A stretch of DNA of 64,000 bases, from assembly GCA_034780895.1 (NCBI GenBank), contig JAUZTB010000070.1, forward strand, positions 15,988,482-16,052,481, read 5' to 3'. The notes under the pieces were generated by a model. It was not told the DNA's origin, made no database searches, and saw only the letters and a list, made by a program, of their open reading frames with translations. Numbering within the stretch: position 1 is the stretch's first letter; each line of letters starts with the position of its first letter. A program made the translations under genes and the position numbers. Shown here in pieces: positions 24,890 to 51,680 of the stretch. This DNA is from Rhynchobatus australiae. Lineage: Eukaryota.

Positions 24890-27800
24890 GGGGCATCCCT
24901 GGTGGAGACCTCAATGTGGGATTCCTGCCCTCTGTATTTGGGGCCTTGGGTGGAGAGTGTTGTAGAGCAGTCCCATGCAAAGGATTTTAAGTTCCTTCAC
25001 AGACTGTCAGAATCCTGACGTCTATGCTCTGGATGAATCTGTGTTCCATGTGAAATGTGAGAACTTGCAGCTGCTGTTAAAATATTTAAGGGAGCTGCTC
25101 CTGAGGTTCTGGCTGCACCCAGCCCACACTCTTGATACTTGAGCAGGTTGATTGAGGTATCTCCTCATCATATGATGGCCATTTACAGGACCAGGCAGTG
25201 GGCCACCATGTGTACTGTCCATCCTGGATACCTACCCCTCTGCCAAGTTTACATACACCCCTGGAGAAAAAGCACATTGTGTCTGTGGGTTCACTAAAGA
25301 CCTTTCACAACAGTTGCACCCCAGAACCTGGAGTATGTACCAGACCCAAAGGACATTTTTCTTTAAAGCAACTAAAACATTAAGGTATGTCATTTTAAAG
25401 CTAAAAACTAAAACACACACACACATACAAAATGGGNNNNNNNNNNNNNNNNNNNNNNNNNNNNNNNNNNNNNNNNNNNNNNNNNNNNNNNNNNNNNNNN
25501 NNNNNNNNNNNNNNNNNNNNNNNNNNNNNNNNNNNNATACAAAATGGGTGTCTGGGATGAAGATGATAAAAATGTAGAATAAGAAGGTGGTGTGTGTGAG
25601 GTGACATTAATCTTCACCTGTATAGAGTTACTGTGATCTTTAATCTCCATCAAAGATTGAATAAAAGTCATAGCCTCCGTCATTATATCATTGGGAATTT
25701 ACAGATGAGGATGAACCTGGACTCACAGCCTTCCCTTCTGTTCTCCCAGTTCTGCGGGAAACTGGAGAGCAGAAGTGGTCACCCAAATACAAAACTGGGA
25801 AAGATATATTGAAGAGAATCTACCATTGACTTACTAAAATGGTCCCTGACTTTCAAGGGAAGATTTACACAAACTAGTGACATATTCAATAGAATTTAGG
25901 AGGTTAAGGTGTAATAACTGAAATTTTCAGAATGAAAAATAACTAAATACTAGATTATTATATTTACTTATATTTTTGGATCAGGACATCACCTAGAAGG
26001 ACAAAATTTATTATCCATCCCTTAAATGTCTGAGAAGGTGATGGTGACCCTACTTCTCGAACCACTGCAGTCCTTCTGGTGAAGGCACTCCCACTGTGCT
26101 GTTGGATTGGCAGTTCCAGGATTTAGACCCAATGATAATGAAGGACAGTAGTAAATTTCCAAGCAGGAATGGTGAATGACTTGGAGGGTAACCTGCAGGT
26201 GGTAGGGTGCCTGTGCACCTGCTGCCTCGTCCCTCTTTGAGTTAGAGATCACAGACTTGGATAAGATACCTTTTTATTGGTCACATGTACATCGAAACAC
26301 ACGGTGAAATGCATCTTTTGCGTAGTGTCCTGGGGGCAGTTACGCTTCCAGTGCCAACATAGCAGGTGCTGCTGTGGTAGCCTGGGGAATTAACTGCAGT
26401 GCATTTTGTAGATTTACGTGCTACAGCCACTGTGCTCCATTGGTGGAAAGAATAAATATTTAGGTACTTATGCTTATACAGTAAGCCTGCATCTCCCCAT
26501 CATTGCTCTTTGGCTCATCCTCTTTAACACCCTGAAACATTTAACATCCCAATTCCCCATTGAGGAGCCCACCTCCTCTTCCCCCAATGCCTACAGGCAC
26601 AGTCCACATCTCCTTTTCCCCAGACTCTTCTCCAGACCTGTTGTTGTAGCATAAAATTGTAATAGCAGCACCACTTCTACTCAACTGCTTCTCTGAGGAA
26701 ATTCACTTGTCTCCCTGTTCAAATCCCCTTATATGCAGCAGCTGAAAATGCTTAAGTTGAGAAAGCTGTGCCTGGGGAGCCCTCCATAGGAGGGCACGGG
26801 TACTGAGAAGATTGGCCTACAACAGATGTCTTCAGTTAGATATGACTCTAGTGAGTAGAGAGTTTCCTTCTGAGTCAACTTGATTTAAATTTTGCACAAC
26901 TGTCTTGGTGCAGAACTGGAATGAATGCTGCTTCAAGAAACATCATTCTCCCTTCTGCACTGGTGTTCTTGCCTATTGTTTACACACCACCTACTTTGCA
27001 TTTGACAATGGCTTTAGAAAGCTTCATATCCAACTTTGCCAAAGACATAGGCAACAAGATAATCAAGCTAGATTACAGTATGAAGTTACAGAGATACAGG
27101 TAATGCAAATAGGTAGAAATGGAAACAGGTTTTAGTGTCAGGAAATATGAGATCATGTAATGTAAAAGTTACTTCTAATTACTTTCTAAATGGTGGAAAA
27201 CTAGAAGGAATAGAAGCCCCAAAGAGGCTTTGTGTGAGGGGTTGGGGTGTTGTATAAATAAATCATTGGAATGTCATGGATGATACAGGGAGTAATCAAA
27301 AAGGCTTTTCTATCTGGGGGCCTGGAGTACAGGGGGTAAAGGTTGTTCTACAACCAAAGACTTGGTTAGACCACACCTAGACCACTGTGAGTCTGTGCAC
27401 CAAAACTGGGAAAGATATATTGAAGGGAATCTACCATTAACTTAATAAAATGTTCCCTGACTTTCAAGGGAAGATTATACAAACTAGTGACATATTCAAT
27501 AGAATTTAGGAGGTTAACGTGTAATGACTGAAATTTTCAGGATGCTAAGAGAAAAAGGGTAAGTAGAAATAGTTCCACTCACTGAGGACTGTAGGACTTG
27601 GGATGTAGTGTTAAAGGCAGGTATATGGTGTTAGGTCACACATTGGTCATGACTCAATGAATAGCGAAACAGGTTTGATGTTCGATCGACTGCACCTGTT
27701 CCTGTGTTTCCCTGCATCACCTTCTTCCCTTTGCCTCTATCTCCCATACCATTATGTGCTTGTACTTTGGTGAGCCCTTAGAATGAGCAGTTGATACTTT

Positions 27801-30800
27801 TCTTTGGGTTGTGGGTCACACTGAGAGAAGACACTTCATTCTGCACAAATACTGGACATGTGCAGAGTGAGTAAGGTTAAAGACTGATACAGTAAGATAG
27901 CAGAATCGAGGGCTGCTTACTCACTCCTGAGTAACCTGACAACAGAAAAGGCACTGGAGAGGGCTTAGAATGGTTCTATCATCTAAAACCTTTGTGAAAG
28001 CCTAGTTGTTGTGTATAGTGTGGCACTGTCAAGTCTCGAGCTATTACCCAAAACTTAGGAAGGCAACCAAAACGAAATTCTCATTCTGCTCACCAGGCAG
28101 CATCTCTGCTGAAAGCTGCACGTGGTGCAATGCCTGCCAGTCAAATTTCTTATTGACTGTATCATGCTCCCAGTGAGAGTCAGAGATTCTTCAGTCCCCC
28201 ACACCTGAACAAATGAATGCTTGCCAATCCTACAACTGTAGAATTAAACATATGAGGCAAAGAACAAGAAGATTTTTGGCCCATTATATTTTTGCAAGCT
28301 CTTTTTCAAACATCCCATCACCCTGCTCACTTTCCCCATCACCCTGTATCAACATCAAACCAATCCCACTGCCCTCCTCTCTCCCTATTTAATACTCTAT
28401 ACATATGAAAGTCACCATCTCTGTCCCTACTTCCTCCTTCAATCACCTCAGCAAAATTTGCAGTCATCTTCCACTCCAACACCAAGTAAACCACTGCCAT
28501 CCTTTAATGCTCCCTTCAGCTTTTCTCCCTAACTTTCTCCTATAGTCTGCTATCCTTATCTTCCAATGCCCCTCAATTTACCCCCGGTAGCATGCCATGA
28601 CCCCTTATCACTCCTTATCCCTCTCCTCTGCCCCTGCTTTCACCCCCCCTGCTAACATGATCCCTTTCCCAACTCCTCTTCCCCTCTCCATCAATCCCAC
28701 TAATCCACTCCATCCTCATGGTCCTGTACTTTAAATAGTGATCCAATTTTTCTAAATATGTCCTGGTCTGTGCCTCAGTTACTCCCTATGGTGAAACATT
28801 TCACACTCGAACACTTGCTCTGAGAAAGCATTTGCCTGAAATCTGTCAGGATTATAATTGATGGCTCCTTGTCACTGAAAATGCTGTCCGTTTTCTGGCT
28901 GTTCGAGAGCCTTCATCACTTTCGTCCAGGAGAGGGAGCTTGTTGAACAGTGGGGAAAGCAGATGGAAAGTTAGAACAAAAGATAAAAGGATAGCTAGCT
29001 GGGTAAGCTTTAGGCTGCGTCCTGTCCGGATTTCCACACAGAGCGAGGATGGTAGATGATGATTGGGTGAAGCTCGAGGAAATATGTCTCTCTGTTGATC
29101 CTGTAATATATTAGCTAATTAGATCCAGATTCCCCTTTTCCGTATATACAGTTGGAATGATCCCTCCAGTTTGCATCTCGTTCTTAGGCTACTTATGGTA
29201 TGCAATTCTTTGGTAATATTTCTCAATTCAGCCTATGGAGTTGTCTGCTATTATCATACCAAAGGCTCAATGAACTCTTACATTAGCCTGAACAAGAATA
29301 ATTAAGACACAAATTGAGAATTGTGACAGGAATTCAGACTGATTCAAAATGACAATGAGGTTTACTTTCAGGAGCTTAAACTGCAACAATTGCCACAACG
29401 TTATCTCAAATCCTTCCTTGTTCCTGAAGTTGGCAGGCAGCTCTCCACTCTTTTGTGACTGTGGTCCTCCAACACCCCCAATTGATATCAGCTGGGGCTA
29501 ATCCTTTGCTGATTAAATGGTGACTCTATAGTTACCCAGCACATAACCCTTACTCTAAATAAACAATAATTCTGTGCAGTTACACTGAATGGATCGTGGG
29601 TCTGTATTTTCAAAAAATAGGTGACCCTAAGCAGAGACTGTATATGGAGTATGACCCTTACTCTAAATAAACAATGACTTTGCATACAGCTGAATAAACC
29701 ACGACTCTATAGAGTTCTGCAGTTTCACTCTACAAGACATTCTAAAATTTAAAAGTTTTGTGGATGGAATGAAGAGATGCCAACACAGAACTAAATATGA
29801 TTTTTATTCATCTTTGTAAACCAAGAAATGCACAACTACAAATTGTTAATTCATTGTTTTATAAGACTTGTGATGAATTTATTAAGTCAACCATTTTAGT
29901 CAAAGCTAAAATCAAGCAATTTGAAGATAATGCTTGAATAATATGTTGTCAAGCACATATAGAATGTACATAATGTGTACATATATTGTGCACACATTGT
30001 GTGGATACTGCCTGCGTACAGTACATTGTATTTGTGTCCATAAACTGTAGGAATAGTATGCATACTGTGTATGTACCACCTATATTTTGTACTTAGTGCG
30101 CATTCTGCTTGTATACTGCAATATATACTATATGTGTATGTACTGCAATGCATGCTAATTATGCTTGTGTTCATGTACATACTATGTACATTTTATGTAT
30201 ATGTGGATATATACTGCATATGTATTGTTAACTGCATATAGACTGGATATGTACCGTGTTCACAGTGTGCATACCAACTATAGATTGCATTATTTTATAA
30301 ATTTCTAATATGCTAAGAAACATAGTTTATTTTGCACAAATGTCTAGGACCTCCTAGTGGTTGTATTATTATGCATGTTGAATTATTAATTCTAATTATT
30401 AAAACTCAGAATAAATACTATGTGAATTGCTTGTCTAAACAATCTTAAGAGTCTTAATACAAATTATGGATTCAATGGTTGTAATGCAGCTTGGATGAAA
30501 GAATCACTGACCAGTTTTGAGGGCGAGGCACACTCTCCTTATCATTGCCATCTTTGTAACTAATATCCAAGCGAGTTTATGACTTACCTTATGTTTGTGC
30601 AGCTTGGCATCACATCCAAAATGGCTGCAGCTTATTTATGCCCTAACAGTGGTGCTGGGACCACATTGTGTGTGAATCCAGTCTAGCAGACATTAGGATA
30701 GAGTTTGGGGTTAAGGGCAGGACTGAGGATGATCTTAGCTGCTTTTTAGTCGTAACCACATAATGTTTCCATGTTAAGAAAATCTTACTGCAGCTGGGGC

Positions 30801-31214
30801 TCAACTTGAGTATGATGGCTCTGTGAATTGCTAAATAATCATCAGTCCAGATTGTTACTGATTTTAAACACAATTTGGCAAAAGTGATAAAAATAATAAA
30901 TTGAATAGTTCGACATTGTCACTGGAAATAGCAGCAGAGTTAAAGATTCATGTAAATGGCAAACTTCAGAGTATCGGTGAAATGGATCCGTTCACTTTTC
31001 TCAATACCAACCCTTTAGCAGTGTGAGACAGGTGCCTCAGGCACAGGCCAAGCAGGATATGGGCATAAAAAACACACAGCATGGGTTGGTGACTCACTAC
31101 TATCCATTTTAAACACTGTCACAAAGAGTTAAAATGATCCAAAGAGAGTTAGCAGGATTTTCAATGATAACATAATCCAAGCCAAAGCTCCACATTAAAC
31201 ATTGTGCTGGAATC

Positions 31215-31550
31215 ACTGGACAGAGAACAGAACCCAGGCCGATTTCCCCTTTCTCTGTAGGCCAGTGGTCACTGTGTATTGATCAGGAGCAGGAACCTTG
31301 GCTGACTTCCTCTTTCTCGGGTTACTGGACATTGATCAGCACAGGAAATCTGGCAGATTTCTCCTTTCTCTCTTATCCAGGGTCACTGGATATAGATCAG
31401 GAGCAGGAACTCCAGCTGTTTTCCTCTTTCTCCTACCCAGGGGTCACACACACAGTGAACCAGGGCAGAAATCTAGCCAAGTTCCTTCCTCTTGAACCCT
31501 GGGGACTCGGGGCATTGATCAGTAGTAGGAACCCTAGCATTTCTCCTCTG
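31215..31550. repeat. Degenerate ~60-bp tandem repeat (ggtcactgga...tgatcaggagcaggaacc...tttcctctttctc), about 5-6 copies
   Basis: Recurring unit visible on consecutive lines. Confidence 0.7.
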
Positions 31551-34500
31551 TCTAGCTTAAGGACATGTAGGTAACCAAAATGCCTGCTCTCCCTCCAAAT
31601 GAGGTCATTGTTGAGCTCAATAAATATGACAAAATGAACTTATTATAATTCTGTCCAAGTTTAGGATTAACTTTACAAGTTAATGTTTTCCGTTGGGTTT
31701 AACCAGAGATAATGCCAGTGTGACAACTGGCAGAAAAAGTCACTCAGCCATGACCATTTGTCGCAGTCTGAGTAAATTCTGGCCCAATGCACAATCTCCC
31801 AGGATTTTGAGTTTTGACATCTTATGCACCAGCCTCTGTGACTGCTACACTTTCAGAACAACACAGCAAAAATACAGAAAGCTCCTGNNNNNNNNNNNNN
31901 NNNNNNNNNNNNNNNNNNNNNNNNNNNNNNNNNNNNNNNNNNNNNNNNNNNNNNNNNNNNNNNNNNNNNNNNNNNNNNNNNNNNNNNNNNNNNNNNNNNN
32001 NNNNNNNNNNNNNNNNNNNNNNNNNNNNNNNNNNNNNNNNNNNNNNNNNNNNNNNNNNNNNNNNNNNNNNNNNNNNNNNNNNNNNNNNNNNNNNNNNNNN
32101 NNNNNNNNNNNNNNNNNNNNNNNNNNNNNNATTATCAATGGGCTTAAATACCCAAACTCCCCATCTACAGCATCGTGAGAGCACCTTCACCACATGGACT
32201 ACAATGCTGAAGAATGCAGCTCACCACTACCTTCTCAAGGGCAATTAGAGATGGGCAATAAACATCAGCACTGTCTGTTTTATCCCTCTCAAGAATTAAT
32301 AGAAAAATGCATCAGCTGCATAGAACACCGAAAATCTAGTTACTGAGGGATTTAAACCAACAGTTTGGTTCAGTCAGCAGTACCTGATACAGCAACACAA
32401 TCCAAAATCCATGCAAATAGAGAGGATCCACACAAAGACTTTTAAAAGGCGTTTCTTACCAACATTAAAGCCCAATGGATTCAGAGACAGTGTCAGAATG
32501 ATAGTGAATTGGCTAAAGGGCAGGAAGCTGTATAGTAGTGAGTAGCTATTTTTCAGATCAGAGATCAGCAATATTCCTGGGGGACAGTTCAGAGCCAGAG
32601 TGTCACAGAAAGTTACAGTACAAAACAGGCTCTTCAGCCCATCAAGTGCACATCCACCATCAATCACGCACGTTTACTGATCGCTATTCTTTTCGGCATG
32701 TACTAGTGATATAACTGTGGGTACATGGGACACCCTTTCAAAGATTTGCAGATGAAGTAAAGCTTGAAGCATGGTGAACTGGAGGACGGCAGCCAGACAC
32801 ATCAGGAGGAGTCTAGTGAAAGAGACGTGGCAGAGGAAATGTAATATGAAGAATTGTGAATTCATGTGTTTTGAAGGGAAGAATGAGGAAAGACAGCATA
32901 AAGAAGTTGGAGAAACAGAGGAAACACAAATGTTTATACACGAATGTGTGAGGAAGCTTGGACATTGAGGAATCTTTAACTATAAATGGCTGAATACAAA
33001 CACATAGTAAACCACTTCCTAGACCCCAGCTGGAGTTCTGGGTCCATTTCCAGGCCCTATACTTTTGGAAGGAAGTCAAGGCCAAATGGAGTGGGCCCAG
33101 GGATTAAGGGCTCTAGTTATTTACTGAAGATGGAGAAGCAGGGGTTCTTTTATTCAGGGGAGATTTAATTCAAAATCATGAAGCGTTTTGACAGAGTAAA
33201 TAAGGAAGAGGCGCTTCTTGTGGGAAAAGGATCAATCAGTGGAGAAACAGATTTAATGTGACTGGCAAAGAATCCAAAGGAGCAAGAAATATTTCACTTT
33301 GCTGGTTGCTGGGATTTTTAATGCATTATCTAAGAGGGAAGTAGAAACTAATTCACAAGGAATTTTTTAAAAGGGCTAAATGGGAAGAAAACTGCAAAAT
33401 ATTGAAGACGTAACAGAAGAGGTTTTGGATAACTAAGAGCCAGCAAAACCATGATGGGCCCAGGTGCTTCATTCATGATCCTGCCCCATGAAACAGCACA
33501 TTATGTTAAAAACACAATCAGCCCACCACACCTGGGTATCTGTTGAAAGAGCAACAGGGTAAGGCATGTGGGTTATATAAAAATGTTGCAAGAAGGGTGT
33601 TTCAGTGTGATAATGAGAAGTGACGGGCATATCAGATTGCTGTAGGAGATGGCACATATAAGAGATTTACTGTATGTAGAGGGTACATCAGAGTGTAACA
33701 GTGAGGGGTGTGCACTGTATATCAGAGAGTTACAGTCAGGTACATGCTGTGTATATCAGTGCTACAGTGAGGGATGTATAGTCTATGAGAGTATTAGTGA
33801 GGTGCATGCTGTGTATATCAGAGTGTTACAGTGAGGAGTGTGCAGTGTGCAGTGTGTATCAGTGTCACAGTGAAGAGTGTGCAGTGTGTATCAGTGCGTA
33901 ATGGTGAGGGTTTTGCAGTTGTTGGTATATCAAAGTGCTCCAATGGCATATGTCATAGTGTCACATATAAGAATACAAGAAAGAGCAGGGGTCGGCCATT
34001 TGACCGCTGGACCCCACTCCATCAATCAATAAGATCATTCTGATGCTTTACCTCATCTCCACTTTCCCATCCATTCTGCATGTTGTTAAATCCCCTCAGT
34101 GACCAAAACTCCACCAATCTCAGCTTCGATATTCATAAAGACCAAGCCTCCAATCCCTCTGGAGTTGTGCATTCCAAAGATTCACATCGGAGTGATGAAG
34201 GTTCTGCTCATGACTGTTCCTAATGGCCAACACTTCAACCTTAGCCCCTCAACTTTCCACAGAACCTGTATCAGATAACCTCGCTTTCATCTAAAGACCT
34301 GCAAGCACAGGTCAATCTCTTCTCATTGGACAACCTCCTTTCCCCTGCAATGATCGTGAAGGGGAGAGGTGCTTCAAGCTGACGTAAGGAGGATTTCAAT
34401 AGTTTTTGAGGTCAGTAATAATCTTATGTGACTACCTAAAAGGGCAGCAGAAGCAGATGCAAAAAGGAATTGGAGAATAACCCAGGAAAAATTACAGGGA

Positions 34501-34560
34501 CTTGGGACAGGCGGATAATTAGGCGATGGGATGGAATTAGCGCAGGACTGAGAGTTAGTA

Positions 34561-34566
34561 TTTAAT
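34561..34566 (-). terminator. Possible HOMER3 polyadenylation signal
   Basis: ATTAAA on the - strand about 220 nt after the stop codon. Confidence 0.4.
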
Positions 34567-34786
34567 TTTCCAGCAACTGGACTTGAATCAAATGTTTGTT
34601 TACAGGTTGGTGCTGATGCTTGGACACCGCGCTTTCAGCTGGCTGAGCCCTGGGTGAACACCTAGGAGCGAGGGAGCAGCAGGGGTGGTGGTGACGGTGG
34701 GGGGAGTGGGGGGTGGGGGAAGTTAAATTGATTGGCAGGGAGCTGTGTGTCAGGAGGATCTAGGGACTGAGAATCAGCTGCATGAT

Positions 34787-46819
<12,033 letters not shown>

Positions 46820-49800
46820 CTGCAACAGGAAACAGGGGGGGGGGTCAAACCCTGGCCACAACCCCGTCCACACTCCCACCACTCTTTNNNNNNNNNNCTC
46901 CCAGAACCAACCCATCTCCAGAAATCCATGCCCGGGACCATCACAGGTGCCCAAAAAACAGCTACTTCTCACTCCTGAGGCCACATGGTGGGGTATGGGT
47001 TCCTAGAGCACACCAGACCTACTGTGAAAGACCAGATAGATTTTTACAAGCTCCCAGTCACATAGTTAACACAGCAACACCAATCTAATTAATTGAATTT
47101 AAAATCCCCAGCTAATTTTGTGGGATTCAAACTCAGGACTCTGTTTCATTAGTTCAATTTCTGGATTACAAGAACATAACTACTGTAACAACTGTGAGCA
47201 CTGATGTTCCGTCTGTAGAGGTGCATTGTACCTGGCACCATGGCACGTAAACTGGCCTCCCCTCTATTGATTCTGTCTATTTTTCCCGCAGCCAACATCA
47301 TCAAGGACCCTCCCACCCTTGCCATTCTCTCTTCTCACTCCTCCTGTTGGGCAGAAGACACAAAAGCTTGATAACACATACCGCCAGGCTCAAGGACAGC
47401 TTCTATCCCACTGTTATCAGACTCTTGAACTGTCCTCTTTTACGCTAAAAGATTCACTCTTAATCTCCCAATCTATCTTGTCAAGGTCCTTGCACCTTAT
47501 TTGTCTACCTGCACTGTCTACCTCTGTAACTGTAACACTATTTTCTGCATTCTGTTTTCCTTTTTGTTACCTCAATGTACTTATCCATGGAATGATCTGT
47601 CTAGATAGCACACAATCAAATGATTTTCACTATTTCTCAGAGCATGTGACAATAATAAACCATTACCAATCACAATTCCTCACCCAAGTGCCTGTTCCAT
47701 ATTCATCTGTATGTGGAAGTCAAAGCCATGAGAGGGAGAGAAAAGACTGGAATACTCTTAAGGAAGAAGAGTTGCAGCCACGTAGACAGAACAAGGAGCA
47801 ACAGTCTGCTGGAGGAACTCAGCGGGTCGAGCAGCATCTGCGGCAGGAAAGGAGTTGTGGACGTTTCGGGTCGAAACCCTGCATTGCGTCTCCATTAGAC
47901 AGAATGAAGAACTGGGGTTCTTGGAGAGGTGTTTGTGAGGAGGCTTTTGATAGAACTATTAAAATCATGCAGGGTTAGACAGAGCAATTGAAAAGGAAGT
48001 TTAATTAGGCTCACAGTTTGTTAGCTGGGAGGGCGTGGATTTATGGCAACTGAGATAAAAAACAAGGGACATGAGGAAAAGGATTTAAATTGGACTTTTT
48101 CTTCTGCATTCACAGAATGTGGATTGCACTGTCAATGCTGGGATTTATTGCATGTCCCTAATTGCCCCTGTACTGAGGAGGCAGTTAAGAGTCAACTGCA
48201 CTTGTGGTCTGGGGCCACATAGAGACCAGACAATGTTGGGAAGGCATTACTTCCTCTCCCTGGAGGTCATTGTAGGCATGGATAAGGAAAGGAAAAATAG
48301 AAGATAGAGGTAGGCCAGCCAGACAGATTGCAAGAGTTGGTATAAATATACATGAAAGGGTAATCTACCACAGCCAGTGGACCTACCAGCACAGCTTTAG
48401 TACATGGGAGGACACCAGAGCAACCAGAGGACACCCACACAGTCATGGAAGGAAAACTCCACACAGACACCACCTCAGGTCAGGATTAAACCTGGGTCCC
48501 TAAACTGTGAGGCAGCAGCATTAACTGCTGCGCCACCATGAGCGGAAATGGGAGCAGCAATAGGCCATTCGGCCCCTCAAGCCTGTTCTACCACTCATAA
48601 AGTTCATGGCTGATCACCCACCTCACTGCCATTTCCCAGCAATATCCTCATATCCCTTCAATGCCCAGGAACCTACCAATCTCTCCTCAAATGAACTCAA
48701 TGACTGAGCCACCAAAACCCTCCTGGCTAGAGAATTCCAGAAGTTCATCACTGCCTCGGTGAAGAAACTTCTCCTCACCCCCATCATAAATGGTCTACCC
48801 CTTATTCTGAAACTGTGACACCTGACTCGAGATTCCTCAGCCACCTAGTCTGTCAAGCCTTTTAGGAATCATAGCAAGGGTGGCAAATCTTTGGAATCAA
48901 CTACACAAGAGGCTTCTGGAAGCTCAGTTGCCAAGTGTATTCAAGATAATGGTCAATATATTTTAAAGGCGATTGGTCAATCACCAATTGATAAAGGTCA
49001 ATACATAATAGGTAAGTCACTGAGATAGAAGCTCAGCCATGACCTTACTGAATGGCAAAACAGCCCAGCGGAGCCAAATGGACTACCCCGGTTCTATTTC
49101 TTATGCTCCTATTCATGAAGCAGATGGAGATTTACAACAGCCCAGTTACCCAAGTGAGACAACCTTCTTTCCTTCAAATTGCCGATTTACATCATTGCTT
49201 GAATTTAAATTTCTCTGCAGCTGCAGTGGGATTCAAACTTGTGTCATTCCATCAATGGCCCAGAACTTTGACTGCCAGTCCAGTAAGAACCACTTTGCTA
49301 CTGGCCCCTGAGGACAGTCAGTGATAATGACAAAGAGACAGAGACATGTACACAGACACCCTGTTGGCAGGTGATTACAGTCAGGTCTCTCCCCCAGCCA
49401 TTTGTGCTTCAGTGTTTTGACCAGTCACTGACAGTTCCTGAGACAGAGCCTGGAGCTGGATTAGTCTTGTTGGGAGAGAAATCTCCACAGTGTGACTCTC
49501 GGCTCCTTCAATGGCCTACCGAGTAACCCAGAACCAGTGAACTACTGCTCTACATAGCAAACACCACAGAAAAACACAGCATTGCCCAACTCCCCTGGCT
49601 GTTTCATAAGAATTAATGAGGAAATATCCCCAAGGATGGTGCTGGAGCCATTAAACCAGCGATGCTGTTCCCAGTGGAACAGCTCATTTTTCTGATTGGA
49701 GGTTACAATTAATTGGAAAGGACGATCCTGGCATGTGGAAAAATATGGGAGAAGTAAATGTACAACCCTCTCCCCACAAGAACCCCTCATCCGTGGGGGC

Positions 49801-50699
49801 CGATTTGGGAGGGCTTACCCCTCCTTTCCATGGGAGGGAACAGGTGCTGAGGGTGACTCAGCCCAAGTCCCCTACTCTGAACAAAGGTCCAGTTCACAGT
49901 TGCCATTACAACTGTGGCTCAGTTCAGGAATTCCTACTGCCGTCAGTGTTGGAATCAAGGTTCTGCATCACTGCATTAGGGTCCAGTAGCCTCTCCAGAG
50001 TTAAGAGTCCACCAGAGGATGCCCCCTTCCTCTTGCCCCTCTCGCTGATGCTGGGTGACAAAGGCAGGAGGACTCACTCTTTTGCCAACACTCTAATCCT
50101 GATAATGTAAGGGGGCAATCAGGGGTTTAACACTCTCAGCTGCTTCAGAGGGGTATATTCGAGGAAGAAAGGAATAGAAGGAAACAGTGACAGGGTGAGG
50201 GGGAAGAGGGACAGGAGGACACTGACATGCAGCAGAGGCTTGGCTTGTGAGGGGCTGGAGGGCCTCCTACTATGCTAAAAATTCCCGCTCCCCCTCTCCT
50301 GCCAATTCTTCCAGAGTTTCCTAATTNNNNNNNNNNCCAGGAGCATGGACAGGGAATGGATGATCTGCAGTTGTGGATCTGGGATCAAAAGGAACCAGGG
50401 GTTGGGACTGTGGATAGACTAAGGTTGAGGGGCTCGATGGTGTAAGGTTGGTTGGGGGGAGGTGGGTGGCATTGATAGTTTGTTTTCCCCCAAACACGTG
50501 AGGGAAGAAAATACTCAGCAACTCAGAACACAGCAGGAACAGGGATTGGCCCTTCACCCTCTCAAGCCAGCTTGGCTACCCAATAAAATCACGGCTAGTC
50601 TGGTCCTGGGCTGAATTCCACACTCCTCTTCCCCGGAACCCATGGCTCTTGTAAACACCAAAAATCTGTCCGACTCACCTTAAAAGCAAGAGTCACAGG

Positions 50700-51680
50700 C
50701 CCTCAGATTGAAGGCCTGTGAGCAGTGGTGTGCTGCAGGGATCTGTGCTGCGTCCATTGTCGTTTGTCATATATATTAACAGTTTGGAAGACGATGTTGT
50801 TAACATGGTAGAAAGTTTGCGGATGATACCAAAATTGGTGGTGTGGTGGACAATGAAGAGGGTTATCTATGTTCACAAAGGGATTTAGGAAGTGGGCCAG
50901 AGAATGGCAATTGGAGTTTAATTTAGACAAGTACAAGGTGTTGCATTTTGGTGAGTTAAACCAGGGCAGGACTTACACAGGAAATGGTATGGCCCGAGTG
51001 AGTGTTGTAGAACAGGGGGACCTAAGGTAGGGGTATATAGTTCCCTGGAAGTGGAAACACAGGTTGGCAGGGTGGTGTAGAAGGTACATGCTCTGCTTGC
51101 CTTTATCAGTCAGGGCACTAAGTGCGAGGGTTGGGATGATATGTTATAGGTGTACAAGACATTGGTGAGACCACACTTGGAAAACTGCTACACTTCTGGT
51201 CAGCTGGGTATGGGAAGGATGTCATTAAGCTGGAAAGGATGCAGCAAATATTCACAAGGATGTTGCCAGGACTGAAGGGCTTGAACTATAAAGAGAAACT
51301 GGATAAGCTGAGACTTTTTTCCCTGGAGTATAGGAGGGTGAGGTTTAGAAAATTATGAAGGGTATAGATAAGGTGGATGGTCATAGTCCTTTTCCCAGGT
51401 TAGGGGAATTTAAAACTAGAGGGCAAAGGTTTAAGGTGAGACGGGCAAGATTTAAAAGGGATCTGAGGGGCAACTTTTTCCAGACAGAGGCTGGTGCATA
51501 TATGGAACATGCTGTCAGAGGAGGTGGTAGAGACAGGTACAATTATAACGTTTAAAAGACATTTGGACAGGTACATGGCTAGGAAAGGACATGGGCCAAA
51601 CACGGGGAAATGGGACGAGCTTAGGTAGACATTTGGTTGGTATGGACCAGTTAGGCCGAAGAACTCGTTTCTCAGAGTCA
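50700..51680 (+). mobile_element. CR1 LINE 3' portion (degenerate RT and 3' UTR)
   Basis: QGSVL, KFADDTK (aagtttgcggatgataccaaaattggtgg), LVRPHLE and FKRDLRGNFF motifs. Confidence 0.85.

Noticed and set aside
28850-28975. CPFSGCSRAF peptide resembling the start of a C2H2 zinc finger
   Set aside because: The histidine pair is absent and the frame is bounded by stop codons.
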